Below are positions 49,143-59,490 of a stretch of 64,000 nucleotides of DNA, piece by piece. The position numbers and the translations under genes were made by a program. The stretch's first letter is position 1; each line of letters begins with the position of its first letter. The notes below the pieces were generated by a model. The model was not told the origin of the DNA. It made no database searches and was given only the letters and a program-made list of their open reading frames with translations. This DNA comes from Fidelibacterota bacterium. Its GTDB lineage: Bacteria; Fidelibacterota; UBA8477; JABMPR01. The stretch lies in the NCBI GenBank assembly GCA_021734255.1, contig JAIPJM010000012.1, positions 12,291 through 76,290 of the forward strand. The letters run 5' to 3'.

Positions 49143-50414
49143 ATGAATATGTATAAACCAGTGATATCCATTTTTCTGTGCCTCCTGCTCGTGGTAGGAT
49201 GTAGCGGTCCCTTCTCGTCAACAACAGAAAACTTGCCACTTCAAGGTATACGCATCACCATCGATCCGGGCCATGGAGATACAGAAGCTTATGACCGCTT
49301 CAGGATCGGCCCCGCCGGTGAGCGGGAAGAATGGATCAACCTGAGAGTGGCCAAATATCTGGAGAAAAAATTGACCCATGCCGGTGCGCAGGTCATGCTG
49401 ACCCGCGGCGCTGACAAAGATCTCAGCCTGGGTGGTCGAGCAAGCCTGGCAAAGATCCACGGGAGTCAGCTCTTCGTATCCATTCACCACAATGGATCCG
49501 GAAACGATCCCGAAATGGACCTCCCCATCGTCTATTTCTTTGGCGATGCCCGCATGAACCCAGCCTCTGTTGATTTTGCCAGGATCCTGGTGGAGGGCAT
49601 GCGGGAAAAGATGGTCTTTGAACAGCCAGACGCGGGTGCTGTCTATAGTGACCACCTGATCTATAGCTCAGGGACCTCTGTGCTTCGGAACACGGTGGCG
49701 GTCATGCCTGGTGTCATTGGTGAGGGGGGCTTCTTCACTTCAGCCGAGGGAGAAGAGCGCTTAAGATCCAAAGCCTACAACAAGCTTGAAGCTCAAGTCT
49801 ACTACGAAGCCATCCTGGAATACTTCAGGCGCGGTTACCCGACAGCAGTGCCAATTTTGCTGGACACGGTAAAATATATCATTCCGGGCCAGGTTTTGGA
49901 ATTCCAGCTGGACGATGGATTCGGGGGAAGCGATTTTTTAGGGGACTTCACTGTTCTTCAGGACCAGGACAGCCTGGACTATTCGTGGAACCCTGAAAGC
50001 GGTCTCCTGGCTGTACAAACAGTCCCCATGGACGCGCATGAAGTTTCACTCCAGGTCTTTGGACGAAACAAAAATGGAAACGCGCTACACCCGCGTATCT
50101 TTGAATTTGATACCCAGGCAGGTGTGGAATGGCATGCCTTCGATTTTTGGGGAGATGCATTTAGTGCAGCTGAAGAACTGTATGAGCAATTGTCTTTTGA
50201 TGAAAACACTGCTGATTTCCTACAACTCCCTATTATGGAGGAAGCGTTGCACTTGTATCAGCTTAGCCTTGAACTGCAGATCGTACATGCCAAAGCCCGT
50301 GTGGCCGAGGAAAGAATTCTCACACTGCTAAAATTAAAACAACACCTAAGTAAAGAGGATCTTTCAGAGGAGATCGATTTGCAACAACAGCGCCTGGATA
50401 CTTATTACCCCTAG
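49143..50414 (+). CDS. N-acetylmuramoyl-L-alanine amidase (Amidase_3/AmiC-type) lipoprotein with C-terminal extension
   Basis: Start at MNMYKPVISIFLCLLLVVGCS (lipobox). ITIDPGHGD...FVSIHHN are Amidase_3 zinc ligands. Confidence 0.75.
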   Translation: MNMYKPVISIFLCLLLVVGCSGPFSSTTENLPLQGIRITIDPGHGDTEAYDRFRIGPAGEREEWINLRVAKYLEKKLTHAGAQVMLTRGADKDLSLGGRASLAKIHGSQLFVSIHHNGSGNDPEMDLPIVYFFGDARMNPASVDFARILVEGMREKMVFEQPDAGAVYSDHLIYSSGTSVLRNTVAVMPGVIGEGGFFTSAEGEERLRSKAYNKLEAQVYYEAILEYFRRGYPTAVPILLDTVKYIIPGQVLEFQLDDGFGGSDFLGDFTVLQDQDSLDYSWNPESGLLAVQTVPMDAHEVSLQVFGRNKNGNALHPRIFEFDTQAGVEWHAFDFWGDAFSAAEELYEQLSFDENTADFLQLPIMEEALHLYQLSLELQIVHAKARVAEERILTLLKLKQHLSKEDLSEEIDLQQQRLDTYYP

Positions 50415-50423
50415 AGGCAAACA

Positions 50424-51611
50424 CTAATTGTTAACGCGTATGAAATCCAGCAGATCTGAATGTAGGATCTCCTGGAGGCTTTCCATCCTGTTTTCAGTCA
50501 CTTCACACATGAGAAAACCAAACAAGGGGAAACGCTTAAAGTCTGTTTTTCTTAGCTCCAGGGGGTGATCGAACCGGCTGAGTAGCAAGTTATAATCGAA
50601 TGAGTCGATATCTACCCCCTTCACACCTGTACTGTTATTCAATACGATAAGGGAATATGTCTCTTTCCCGCGCTGTTTGAGCAGTTGTGTCCAATCAGGC
50701 TTGATCCCCTTGATAAGATACTCGTAGACATTGAAGCCCCAGGCATATTGTGCCAGATCCGGCGTTGAACACCATCCGCCAAATCTGAGGGGGTTTATCT
50801 CAATGATGTTCATATCACCATTATCCTTGATACGTAATTCTATGTGCGCAGGGAATCCTTTAAAACCAAATAGTTCACCCACTTGTTTCAAGTACTTTTC
50901 TATGGAGGGTAGTTGTTCCTCCATGATTCTCTGAGATGTTATGTATACCCGGTCATTCATATCTTGATCTGATGCAAACATGTGCTTCATGATATTGAAT
51001 ATAATGGGCTTACCATCTTGACCGAATAGGCAGTCAATGGCATATTCATGACCGTCGATCAGCTCCTCAATGATGAACATTGAGTTATCCAACACCGATT
51101 CAGGATACAGGTCCTGCATATCATCAATAGTATTCTCAATGGATGCCAACGCCTTTTTCCAGCCGTCCTGATCCTGCACACCGTGCACGCCCAGACTGAA
51201 AAAGCCAACTGCTGGTTTCAAGATCACAGGGAATGGGATCGTTACCGGATCAATCGCAGGAAGGGCGTCGAGACTTACTGCTTTGAAATAGAACTCAGGC
51301 GTAAGATCCTGCATGACCTGCCGGAACCTGACCTTATCCTTTGATAATTGTAGCGCGCGGATCAACTGCCTATCCGGATGGTTTTGATAGACCCAATCCA
51401 ACGCATTTTCCGAGTTCGTGTATACTTTCGTCTGAGGGTTGTTCAATAGTTTTAATTTTGCAGCTTCCGTATCTATATAATTGATCACCCCGTTTTCAAG
51501 GTGCTTCACCGCCTCAGGAGTTTTAACGACCGGAATCTTAAACTTAGTGATCGCTTGTTTTAAGTATTCGGATACAAATGGACCATCTATGAGGAATAGA
51601 GTTTCAGGCAT
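50424..51611 (-). CDS. ATP-grasp superfamily ligase, substrate unknown
   Basis: ILKPAVGFFSLGV (ATP-binding Lys loop) and NIIEINPLRFGG (Mg-binding E-x-N). 19 bp downstream of the transglutaminase-like gene. Confidence 0.6.
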   Translation of the reverse strand: MPETLFLIDGPFVSEYLKQAITKFKIPVVKTPEAVKHLENGVINYIDTEAAKLKLLNNPQTKVYTNSENALDWVYQNHPDRQLIRALQLSKDKVRFRQVMQDLTPEFYFKAVSLDALPAIDPVTIPFPVILKPAVGFFSLGVHGVQDQDGWKKALASIENTIDDMQDLYPESVLDNSMFIIEELIDGHEYAIDCLFGQDGKPIIFNIMKHMFASDQDMNDRVYITSQRIMEEQLPSIEKYLKQVGELFGFKGFPAHIELRIKDNGDMNIIEINPLRFGGWCSTPDLAQYAWGFNVYEYLIKGIKPDWTQLLKQRGKETYSLIVLNNSTGVKGVDIDSFDYNLLLSRFDHPLELRKTDFKRFPLFGFLMCEVTENRMESLQEILHSDLLDFIRVNN

Positions 51612-51630
51612 TGAGTGTGTGGTTCATGTG

Positions 51631-53127
51631 TTAATACTGTTGCGAGATAACATTAATTGCGATATTCCCAAGTGCTGGAATCAGGTTGGATAGATTCTCA
51701 AAGTCACCCTCCAGGAGTGCGATATGAGTTACGTCGGCGGGGAATTGATTCAGACTCGGATCAACATCTACCCACTGGCCGTTGATCGCAACCACTGGCC
51801 AGGCATGAAACAAGAAGCGCCCCTGAAGATGTACCAGACCAATATGTATTTTCGTGGGAATTCCTCTTGCCCGACTGAGGGATGTAAACAAGGTGGTGTG
51901 TTCCGTACAGTCACCAACCCCCTGACGTAAGATGTCGACTGCGCCTGATATGCTGGCAACCGGACGTTTCTCCAGATAGTTATATACCCACTCCGTAAGG
52001 ATTCTACTGTCCTCAATTTCCGGGTATTTGAATATTCTGGGTAACTGTCTCACGATCTCTGGATGTTTACTCTGGATCATCTCTGTGGCCCGTAAATATC
52101 GTTCATTATCAGGATCGATGATCTCAGTGCTTGCCTGGGATAGCTCTAGCTGTAAGGGCTCTGCACGGATCACTTTTTGGCGATTCGATTGAAGTGCGAG
52201 AAAACCGCTTGCGTCAATACCTGATATCTCCAGTTTCAGAACCTCAAGTTTACCGCTTTCTCGGATCGGTGGTACAGGCTTGATTGAAAAGCCGCTTAGA
52301 AGATCGACCTCTGGCGCCTGAACCTCAGCCAGGGCCTCTTCTGGTGTTGTTCTTTCCATGGTCATACCCATGATGGTTTCTTCCCGGTAGGTCAAGCCAT
52401 TGTCATCCAGATACAGGATGGAGGGGATTCCTTTAAACTCGACCTTTAGTTTATTCAGGATCAGGTTTTCACCTGCAACCTCCTGGAGCTCTTTTCCCTC
52501 ATGGGTCACAAACACATCAGCCATTTCATTGGACATTGGGTCATATGCAGGCACTTTGATCGTTTGGCCGGGCTCAATCCCCTTGCTGGCAACCATGGGT
52601 TGGATCGCGGAATAAGTGTATAGATCTTCAGGTACCTCCAGGCTGGTTATGGAAGTATCGCTATCCTGAATGAATTTCAGGATCATTGTGCTACCTGTTT
52701 TCTCTCCCTCTACATGCGTGGAATACTCTTGGGACTGCATCCAGAAAGTAAAGCTTTGCAGCATGAAAAGCGTATCGATGATGGCTGAACTTTCAAGGTG
52801 AACTTCAGAGTCAAGCCCTCCAAAAACGAGGGTCAAATGAGAAGAACTTTTTACTTTATACCCCTCCGCACCTCTATTCTCGATAGTGGAAACAGCGTAC
52901 CCCATCTTCTTCCCGTCATGGAATATGTTCATCCATTCCGATTCATCCGGAAGCTCTTTTAATCCTGTTTCCAGGGACACATAAGACCCCGCTCCCTGGA
53001 AGTAAGTCGTATACACCAAGCGGCCCACCAGCAATAGCCAGAGCAGGACAATAACGGCAGTATATGAACGTCGAAGCATGGCGATGAATTTAGATATAAC
53101 ATCCGCCCTGGCAAAGCATGTGCACAC
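51631..53127 (-). CDS. transglutaminase-like cysteine-peptidase superfamily protein with N-terminal TM anchor
   Basis: C-terminal TGase core with a Cys-His-Asp arrangement (GVGDCTEHTTLF ... FHAW ... VDVDPS). ~380 aa middle region of unknown fold. GTG start at 53127 or ATG at 53079. Confidence 0.7.
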   Translation of the reverse strand: MCTCFARADVISKFIAMLRRSYTAVIVLLWLLLVGRLVYTTYFQGAGSYVSLETGLKELPDESEWMNIFHDGKKMGYAVSTIENRGAEGYKVKSSSHLTLVFGGLDSEVHLESSAIIDTLFMLQSFTFWMQSQEYSTHVEGEKTGSTMILKFIQDSDTSITSLEVPEDLYTYSAIQPMVASKGIEPGQTIKVPAYDPMSNEMADVFVTHEGKELQEVAGENLILNKLKVEFKGIPSILYLDDNGLTYREETIMGMTMERTTPEEALAEVQAPEVDLLSGFSIKPVPPIRESGKLEVLKLEISGIDASGFLALQSNRQKVIRAEPLQLELSQASTEIIDPDNERYLRATEMIQSKHPEIVRQLPRIFKYPEIEDSRILTEWVYNYLEKRPVASISGAVDILRQGVGDCTEHTTLFTSLSRARGIPTKIHIGLVHLQGRFLFHAWPVVAINGQWVDVDPSLNQFPADVTHIALLEGDFENLSNLIPALGNIAINVISQQY

Positions 53128-53269
53128 GTTAATGTTTAAATATATCGCTCTGTAAAAGGAGATAATTAAGCGCCTGTGTTTAAGCTACCAGGGCCTCTGA
53201 TAAATTCAATTGGAACTGACACCGCTTTTAAATAGCTTCTTAAAACATCATCCCAGAAGGAATATTGCA

Positions 53270-53731
53270 ATGAAGTCTAGCGCCAGGTCGGTAACAGAAT
53301 ATATAAACGACCTTCCCGATGATAGAAAATCTCAGATTGAAGCCGCGCGGAACGTGATTCTGAAAAACCTACCAGATGGATACGAAGAGGTGATGAACTG
53401 GGGTATGATCACCTATCAGGTTCCCCTGAATGTTTATCCCGACACGTATAATAAAAAGCCCCTCATGTACGCTGCGCTGGCATCACAGAAGAATCACATG
53501 GCTATCTATTTTTCGGGTATCTACATGTATGACGACAAACAGACATCCTTTGAGGAGGAATATCGGGCTACTGGAAAACGTTTTGATATGGGAAAGTCCT
53601 GTGTCCGCTTCAGAAATATTGACGATCTCCCGCTGGAGCTCATAGGAAAAACAATTGCATCACTTCCCATGGTAACCTTCGTTTCAGATGTAAAGGCGAT
53701 GTTCTCCGCTCGCAAAAAAGCAAATAGCTGA
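53270..53731 (+). CDS. DUF1801 (YdhG-like) domain protein
   Basis: VTEYINDLPDDRKSQIEAARNVILKNLP matches the DUF1801 family. Confidence 0.55.
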   Translation: MKSSARSVTEYINDLPDDRKSQIEAARNVILKNLPDGYEEVMNWGMITYQVPLNVYPDTYNKKPLMYAALASQKNHMAIYFSGIYMYDDKQTSFEEEYRATGKRFDMGKSCVRFRNIDDLPLELIGKTIASLPMVTFVSDVKAMFSARKKANS

Positions 53732-53732
53732 A

Positions 53733-55901
53733 TTATAACTTGACCCCGATACTTACCGTCCATCTCCTCTGTTTGAAATAGCTCAACTCATCATCAGCAG
53801 ATAATAGATTTAAAACTGAACCACCCAATGAAAACTCTTTCTTAAACGGTTTGAGTTTTATTGATAAATATAGATTCACATTCTCCCGACCTGCTAATTC
53901 TGTCACAACCCAGTTGATATTGTCGCCTGTTCCGCCAACCAGTTGCTTGCCCTCATGAAAATACTGAATTCTAAGATTACCAAATGATGGCCTTAGCTCG
54001 ACCTCGGCAACATCGCGGAATTCTGGCTTATTCGGGAAGATTGTAAATGATGAAATGTCCACACTTGTTCTTCCAAGATACAACCTGAAACGATCATCAA
54101 AAGTTGACAGCATCCCGGACAGTTCATACCCGCTGATCTCAGCGGAATGGGCATTCACCGGAGTTGGTAGTGCTCTTGGAACAGAGGTATAATAGATCTT
54201 ATTAATATATCTATTCTTAAAATATGACGCCTGCAAATCAAAACTCTCAAAGATCGAAGCTGAGTTGGCCGGCTGAATGCTTGCCTGAACCCCTAATTCT
54301 GAGGAGGCATTCAGCTCTGACTCCAAGGGTGAGTCCATGTATAGTACAATGGTAGTATGGTCTCGTAAATAATACTCATAAAGAGTTGGGTGCCGAAAGT
54401 TTGTACCCGCTGTGTAAAAGAATTGGTAGCGAAGGTTCTGACGTTTCTTGTCCAGCGTAACACCAGTTCGCTTGGTTACCTGACTGAATGAGTCCTCCAG
54501 ATGCTCATCGATATATATAAGTTTATCTCGATAAGCCTTCCTGAGTTTGTCCAGATCAACATCTTCCCGGCGGTAACTGAAGCTAATCCCCAAAAAATCT
54601 ACAAAGGGTACCTCAAGTTCTGTTCGAAACTTGAGGATGTTCGTAAAGGACAGCTTCTGCTGTTCCAGGTCAATATTCTGCTCGTCCAGGTGATCCCAGT
54701 AAATATTTCTCGTTTCTGACAGCCCATGGAAAGCATCCTGTTGAAGTTCCAGGATCATGAAATTTACCACAGATCTGAATACTGATCTGTTTTCAATGGC
54801 CATCAATTGTTTTTGCTCGTCACTGTCCTGCACGTAGTGAAACCTGGAATCCAGAGAATCCAGAAAATCATTTGTTTTCACTCTTTGCATGGCTCGAATA
54901 TTCAACTGGACCTTGTCGAGCAGTGACGTTGAGTACTTGAACTGAATATACTGATCAACGTGAGTGTCCATAAACCCCTCCTGGGGGGCAACGGTCTCCT
55001 TTATGTCGATCAGGTTAGCCGATAGCGAGCTGGCAGTATCGCTCATCACCCAGGTGGTGTAAAGGTTGATGAAGTTCCGTGTGGAAATAATGTCTGGGTC
55101 AAGTGGACCAAAGGGCTGGCGATCCATGCTGGAATAACTCAAGCGTGTGTTCAATGGACCCAGGCCGACACTTCCTGAGACATTGTAGGATTGGAGGTCC
55201 TGGTCGGAATTCTGAAAGTTTAGGGAAAAACCTGTTGGCCTTCGCTTGATCGGCTTAAGAACGATGACACCGCCAAAAGCCCCAGAGCCGTATTGTAGGG
55301 TGCCAGCTCCCTTGATAATAGAAACGGTTTCAATATCGTTCAGATTGATCCATGAAAGATCGTAAGCACCCTGGTAGCTTGAATTGAGGGGAATATCATC
55401 AAAAACGATCAGCACTTCATTTGCATTGCTGCCACGTATAGAGATATCCTGTTCCCCATCATACCGCTCACCGACCACCACTGAGGGGTCTCGTCTGAGC
55501 ACCTCTTTGATACCGATGCTACCCTGTTGGATCACATCCTGAACAGGTAAAACGGTGACGATGGAGGGGAGGTCTGTTTGCTCCCACTCCAGCTTAGAGG
55601 ATTGGATCTCCACTTGCTCCATGAGAAGCACATCCGGTCTCAGCCCTATTTTTCCAGCCACCACTAGCTCCTGATAACTCAAGACCGTATCCAGATATCC
55701 GATATATGAAAATTTTAAAAACTTGTCCTGGTGGGACTCGTTGAGGGTGAAAAACCCGTCCATATCTGTGTTCATGCCAAGCGTTGTTCCCACAAGTGTG
55801 ATATTCACTCCGGGAAGCGGCTCAGCTGTCTTTTGGTCCACAACCTGTATCTGCTCGGCAAACAGAAATGCCGATAGCATGGCTAATAATAGAATCCGCA
55901 T
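53733..55901 (-). CDS. TonB-dependent receptor with CarbopepD_reg-like N-terminal domain
   Basis: Signal peptide, QIQVVDQKTAEPLPGVNITLVGT beta-sandwich, plug, 22-strand barrel. No SusD-like partner. Confidence 0.8.
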   Translation of the reverse strand: MRILLLAMLSAFLFAEQIQVVDQKTAEPLPGVNITLVGTTLGMNTDMDGFFTLNESHQDKFLKFSYIGYLDTVLSYQELVVAGKIGLRPDVLLMEQVEIQSSKLEWEQTDLPSIVTVLPVQDVIQQGSIGIKEVLRRDPSVVVGERYDGEQDISIRGSNANEVLIVFDDIPLNSSYQGAYDLSWINLNDIETVSIIKGAGTLQYGSGAFGGVIVLKPIKRRPTGFSLNFQNSDQDLQSYNVSGSVGLGPLNTRLSYSSMDRQPFGPLDPDIISTRNFINLYTTWVMSDTASSLSANLIDIKETVAPQEGFMDTHVDQYIQFKYSTSLLDKVQLNIRAMQRVKTNDFLDSLDSRFHYVQDSDEQKQLMAIENRSVFRSVVNFMILELQQDAFHGLSETRNIYWDHLDEQNIDLEQQKLSFTNILKFRTELEVPFVDFLGISFSYRREDVDLDKLRKAYRDKLIYIDEHLEDSFSQVTKRTGVTLDKKRQNLRYQFFYTAGTNFRHPTLYEYYLRDHTTIVLYMDSPLESELNASSELGVQASIQPANSASIFESFDLQASYFKNRYINKIYYTSVPRALPTPVNAHSAEISGYELSGMLSTFDDRFRLYLGRTSVDISSFTIFPNKPEFRDVAEVELRPSFGNLRIQYFHEGKQLVGGTGDNINWVVTELAGRENVNLYLSIKLKPFKKEFSLGGSVLNLLSADDELSYFKQRRWTVSIGVKL

Positions 55902-55921
55902 GTAATCCCCCCCTGCTTAGA

Positions 55922-56461
55922 TCATGAGGTTTTCTTCAGGGTAGCTGTTATTATTAATGCGCTAAGGATCAGCGCGGCGGCGACTATTAATTTAAGCGAA
56001 ATATCCCCGGGGTGCACGGGAACAATGATCCAGGAATGCATATCCTTGCTGGCCAGAGTACCCGGGGCTTGACGCTCCAGCTCATTGAGGGACTGAATAA
56101 AATCCTCAATACTTCTGTAACGATAAACTGAGACCGCATCAGCGAACGCGGTCCTGGTCTTTCTAAACTCAATGGCTGCTGCTACCGGGTCCCTATAACT
56201 TGCCCGCTTCAGATCCAGGGGCCAGGTCATGCTGTCATCAATTCCTATCAAATAAAAAGCGTCCGGATCCTGTAGGTCAAACTGAGCAAATAGCGTGTTG
56301 ATTGTTGGCGCCATTTCACTCAGCAGGATCATGGGAGGGAGAAGTTCTTCTGCACGTAAATCTCCTGGGGCTTTATCATGCCAGACAACCAACATGGAAA
56401 ACAGGGCCAGTATGGCAGTGACCACGATCATCATGACCCCACTGCTTCTCAGCTTCATCAT
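55922..56461 (-). CDS. hypothetical bitopic/N- and C-anchored membrane protein
   Basis: TM helices at both ends. Overlaps the permease stop by 4 nt. Confidence 0.45.
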   Translation of the reverse strand: MMKLRSSGVMMIVVTAILALFSMLVVWHDKAPGDLRAEELLPPMILLSEMAPTINTLFAQFDLQDPDAFYLIGIDDSMTWPLDLKRASYRDPVAAAIEFRKTRTAFADAVSVYRYRSIEDFIQSLNELERQAPGTLASKDMHSWIIVPVHPGDISLKLIVAAALILSALIITATLKKTS

Positions 56462-57882
56462 GATGAAACCCGTCTGTTATAATATGTTAAGCCGTACCCG
56501 AGAACGATCAAAACGAAGGGGCCTCCATAGGTCATGAGAATCGCCTGCGTTGCCTCTCGCCCGGTTTCAGCAATAACGATATAGTCCAGGCCTGCGCCAA
56601 AGAATCCTGCGACACCGATCAAGAGGGTCATACCTGCCACACTAATGGCAAGCGTCTTCGATCTGAGCATAGAAAATGGACCTCGTGAACCTCTGATCCG
56701 GAAAACTAAAAATGCTGCAGCCAGAATGATATATGGAATCGCCAGACTGAGGGCGGACAGGTCTGTAAGGAGCCGGAAAAATGAATCAATGGATGACAGA
56801 CCCACCAAGGGGATAGCGATAAGGATTGTAACGACCCCGGCCTGTGTCCACAGTGCATTGGAAAATGAGTCTGACTCATCTCGAGTCGTCAGAAATTTTG
56901 GGAAGGTGTGTTCAGGGACGGCAGCGAACATGGCTCGAATGGGTGATTCTATCCACACGACATACGCAGCGATGGAAGTCACAACCAAAATGGCAGCAAA
57001 GATCCTCACAACGACCTGACCATTTATCCCCAGGCTTTCTGCCAGCAAAACATGGACGACATAGACGCCATCTTTGATACCAGCATTTGCAAGTACCTCA
57101 TGCGATGCAACAAGACCAACGGCAATGGAGCCGATGACATAAGACAGCCCGATAACCAGGGTTGCGATCAAAACCCCTCGCGGGAAGGTCCGAACAGGGT
57201 TTTTAACCTTTTTGATATATGTCCCAGCGACCTCAGCCCCGGCCACGGCAAAAAGCAGCCATGAAAGTGTGGCAAAGTAACTAGTGGAAAAATCTGGCAT
57301 TACGGCCTCAGCGGTCCACTCTGTTGCAGAAGGGGTCCCTTTAAAATATGCGACAAAGGCGAACAGAATGAATAGGCCGGTTGACATAAATGTGAGTTTT
57401 CCGCCAACATTACTTAGCTTTGAAAATGTTTTGACGCCACGTGTGGCTATCCAGGTCAGGGCAAGACAGAGGAGGATCGAATAGTAAGGGAGCAGTGCCA
57501 CATTTTCATCATTAAACCGATTCTCACCAAAGAGAGCCCACGAGACCATCACAGGTATACGGGCAAATACAACTTGAAGATAAAACAGGTTGGAAATGAA
57601 ATATGACCAGGTGCCAAAAAAGGCCCAGCGGTCACCCAGACTGCAGGCAACCCAGCTATAGATACCCCCGCTCTTTTCTTTATTTGCAGAAGCAAGCTCT
57701 GCAATGATCGCCGTCAGGGGTAAAAAATAGAGTAGACAAACCAGGATCCAGGAGGGGACGGCAGCCGGTCCAAGCGCCACCCCGTTGGTTGTAATATTCA
57801 TGAACCCAAAGGTGGGGACGAATATCAACATGACCAGGGTCCATAGACCCAGCTTGTCCTGTTGCTGTTTCACAGAACTCAA
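56458..57882 (-). CDS. APC-family amino acid permease
   Basis: 474 aa, 12 TM. APC/amino acid-polyamine-organocation fold signatures. Confidence 0.8.
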   Translation of the reverse strand: MSSVKQQQDKLGLWTLVMLIFVPTFGFMNITTNGVALGPAAVPSWILVCLLYFLPLTAIIAELASANKEKSGGIYSWVACSLGDRWAFFGTWSYFISNLFYLQVVFARIPVMVSWALFGENRFNDENVALLPYYSILLCLALTWIATRGVKTFSKLSNVGGKLTFMSTGLFILFAFVAYFKGTPSATEWTAEAVMPDFSTSYFATLSWLLFAVAGAEVAGTYIKKVKNPVRTFPRGVLIATLVIGLSYVIGSIAVGLVASHEVLANAGIKDGVYVVHVLLAESLGINGQVVVRIFAAILVVTSIAAYVVWIESPIRAMFAAVPEHTFPKFLTTRDESDSFSNALWTQAGVVTILIAIPLVGLSSIDSFFRLLTDLSALSLAIPYIILAAAFLVFRIRGSRGPFSMLRSKTLAISVAGMTLLIGVAGFFGAGLDYIVIAETGREATQAILMTYGGPFVLIVLGYGLTYYNRRVSS

Positions 57883-59006
57883 GATACGGTTATTTCAGAC
57901 TTATAGTGAACGCCTCGTTGCTCCAGTAAAGCCAGGAGCTTATTAAAACAGGTTTCCGATTTACCCACAAACTCAGGAGGGCTGACACCCGTCTGTCTAT
58001 AATCCCCATCCAGGACCAGACGACTGATAGCTGTGCAGGTATACCCCGTCGTGCGGGACATGGAGGATGCGCCTGTGGCAGCGTCATACCGGTCCAGCAG
58101 GTCATATTGGTAAGACACACTCCGGCCGTTTTCAGTTCCCCGGACCAGGATCTGCATGACAGTGAACTCTTCTTCCGCTTCACCCAGTTTCCATTTTGGA
58201 AAAAGTAGTTGGGTTGTTAGATCGATGGGTCTGATCCTGCTTTCACCAACCTGCATTTCTGTGTAATTAAAAAATCCTGTTTCTCTCAGCACACGCATCA
58301 GTTCTATGTGTCCCGGGTAGCGTAGGGTTTTCTCTTTCATGTTGGGGATGTTCATCGTTTTAATGAGTGTTCTCAAACCATCCGTATTGAAGGCTTCCAG
58401 TTCACCGACACCAGGAAATTCCAGGATCTCCGGTTCCGAAAGTGCTTCCTTCTCGTGCAGTTCACCATTGAGAACCAGACGAGACGGACGTAGATATTCT
58501 TCGATGACATCGATGGGGGAGAACGGTGCCTTGTATTCATAGGGCCATTTGCGCTCCGTCGGTAAGCCGCCCACATAGCAGACAAACTCCTGGACATCCA
58601 TGCGTTCATTATGGTATCCAGCGATGATGTTGCTCATGCCTGGGGCAACACCAGCATCCATGACAGCGACAACCCCTTTCTCCTTTGCCAGCTCATCCAG
58701 GCCAAAGGGGTCTTCTGGAAAGAAGGAGATATCAACGATATCCTTACCGGCCTCAATCACCCATTTCAGGGTCTGATATCCCATGAATCCTGGGACAGCC
58801 CCAACGACAAGATCAGCATCAGCAATGATTGTCTGGACGGCAGCCTTGTCGCTCAGATCAGCTGTTTGGGTCTGGATATTCTGACTGGAAAGTTGCTCAA
58901 GTGCCTGTTTGTCTCTGTCAACTGAAGTGACCGCATGATCTTTGGAAAGGTCAACAGCCATGGTACGGCCGACCATTCCCGCTCCGAGAATAATAATGTT
59001 TTTCAT
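57879..59006 (-). CDS. saccharopine dehydrogenase-family NAD(P)-dependent oxidoreductase
   Basis: MKNIIILGAGMVGRTMAVDL Rossmann N-terminus plus Sacchrp_dh C-terminal domain. 375 aa. Confidence 0.75.
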   Translation of the reverse strand: MKNIIILGAGMVGRTMAVDLSKDHAVTSVDRDKQALEQLSSQNIQTQTADLSDKAAVQTIIADADLVVGAVPGFMGYQTLKWVIEAGKDIVDISFFPEDPFGLDELAKEKGVVAVMDAGVAPGMSNIIAGYHNERMDVQEFVCYVGGLPTERKWPYEYKAPFSPIDVIEEYLRPSRLVLNGELHEKEALSEPEILEFPGVGELEAFNTDGLRTLIKTMNIPNMKEKTLRYPGHIELMRVLRETGFFNYTEMQVGESRIRPIDLTTQLLFPKWKLGEAEEEFTVMQILVRGTENGRSVSYQYDLLDRYDAATGASSMSRTTGYTCTAISRLVLDGDYRQTGVSPPEFVGKSETCFNKLLALLEQRGVHYKSEITVS

Positions 59007-59127
59007 GGGAGTAAATTAGGATGAATCTAGAGCGGATAAACGGTTCTTTTTTAGCCACAGATGCTCACAGATTGATGATGATGCTTGCTCAAAAAAGACC
59101 CCAAGCTCCGGTGCGAATCCAGGGGTT

Positions 59128-59490
59128 TTAAAATACAAATCTTTTAAATTGAACTTTCTGTCTGCCAAAATTTATCAACAGCCCAACACTAACTTTGCTA
59201 GCTTTCAATTCATTTAAGAGTTGTGCTTCATCCTGTTTGTTGTATTCCTTGCTCACTTTTAACTCTACTATCACCTGCCCATCTACTAAAAGATCTGCTA
59301 AATATTTTCCAACCGTTACGCCCTTATATCTGACATCTAACGCAGGCTCCAATTTGACATCATGTCCCCTCTTGCGGAGTTCCACCTGTAAAGACTTTTG
59401 ATAAACTCTCTCTAGGAATCCATAGCCCAGTTCATTGTGAACTTCAAAAGCTGCTCCAATAATGTCTTTTGTTATGTCGAAGTGATTCAC
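59128..59490 (-). CDS. GxxExxY family protein (PD-(D/E)xK-fold)
   Basis: GAAFEVHNELGYGFLERVYQ ... ADLLVDGQVIVELK is the GxxExxY signature. The gene is markedly AT-richer than its flanks. Confidence 0.7.
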   Translation of the reverse strand: MNHFDITKDIIGAAFEVHNELGYGFLERVYQKSLQVELRKRGHDVKLEPALDVRYKGVTVGKYLADLLVDGQVIVELKVSKEYNKQDEAQLLNELKASKVSVGLLINFGRQKVQFKRFVF

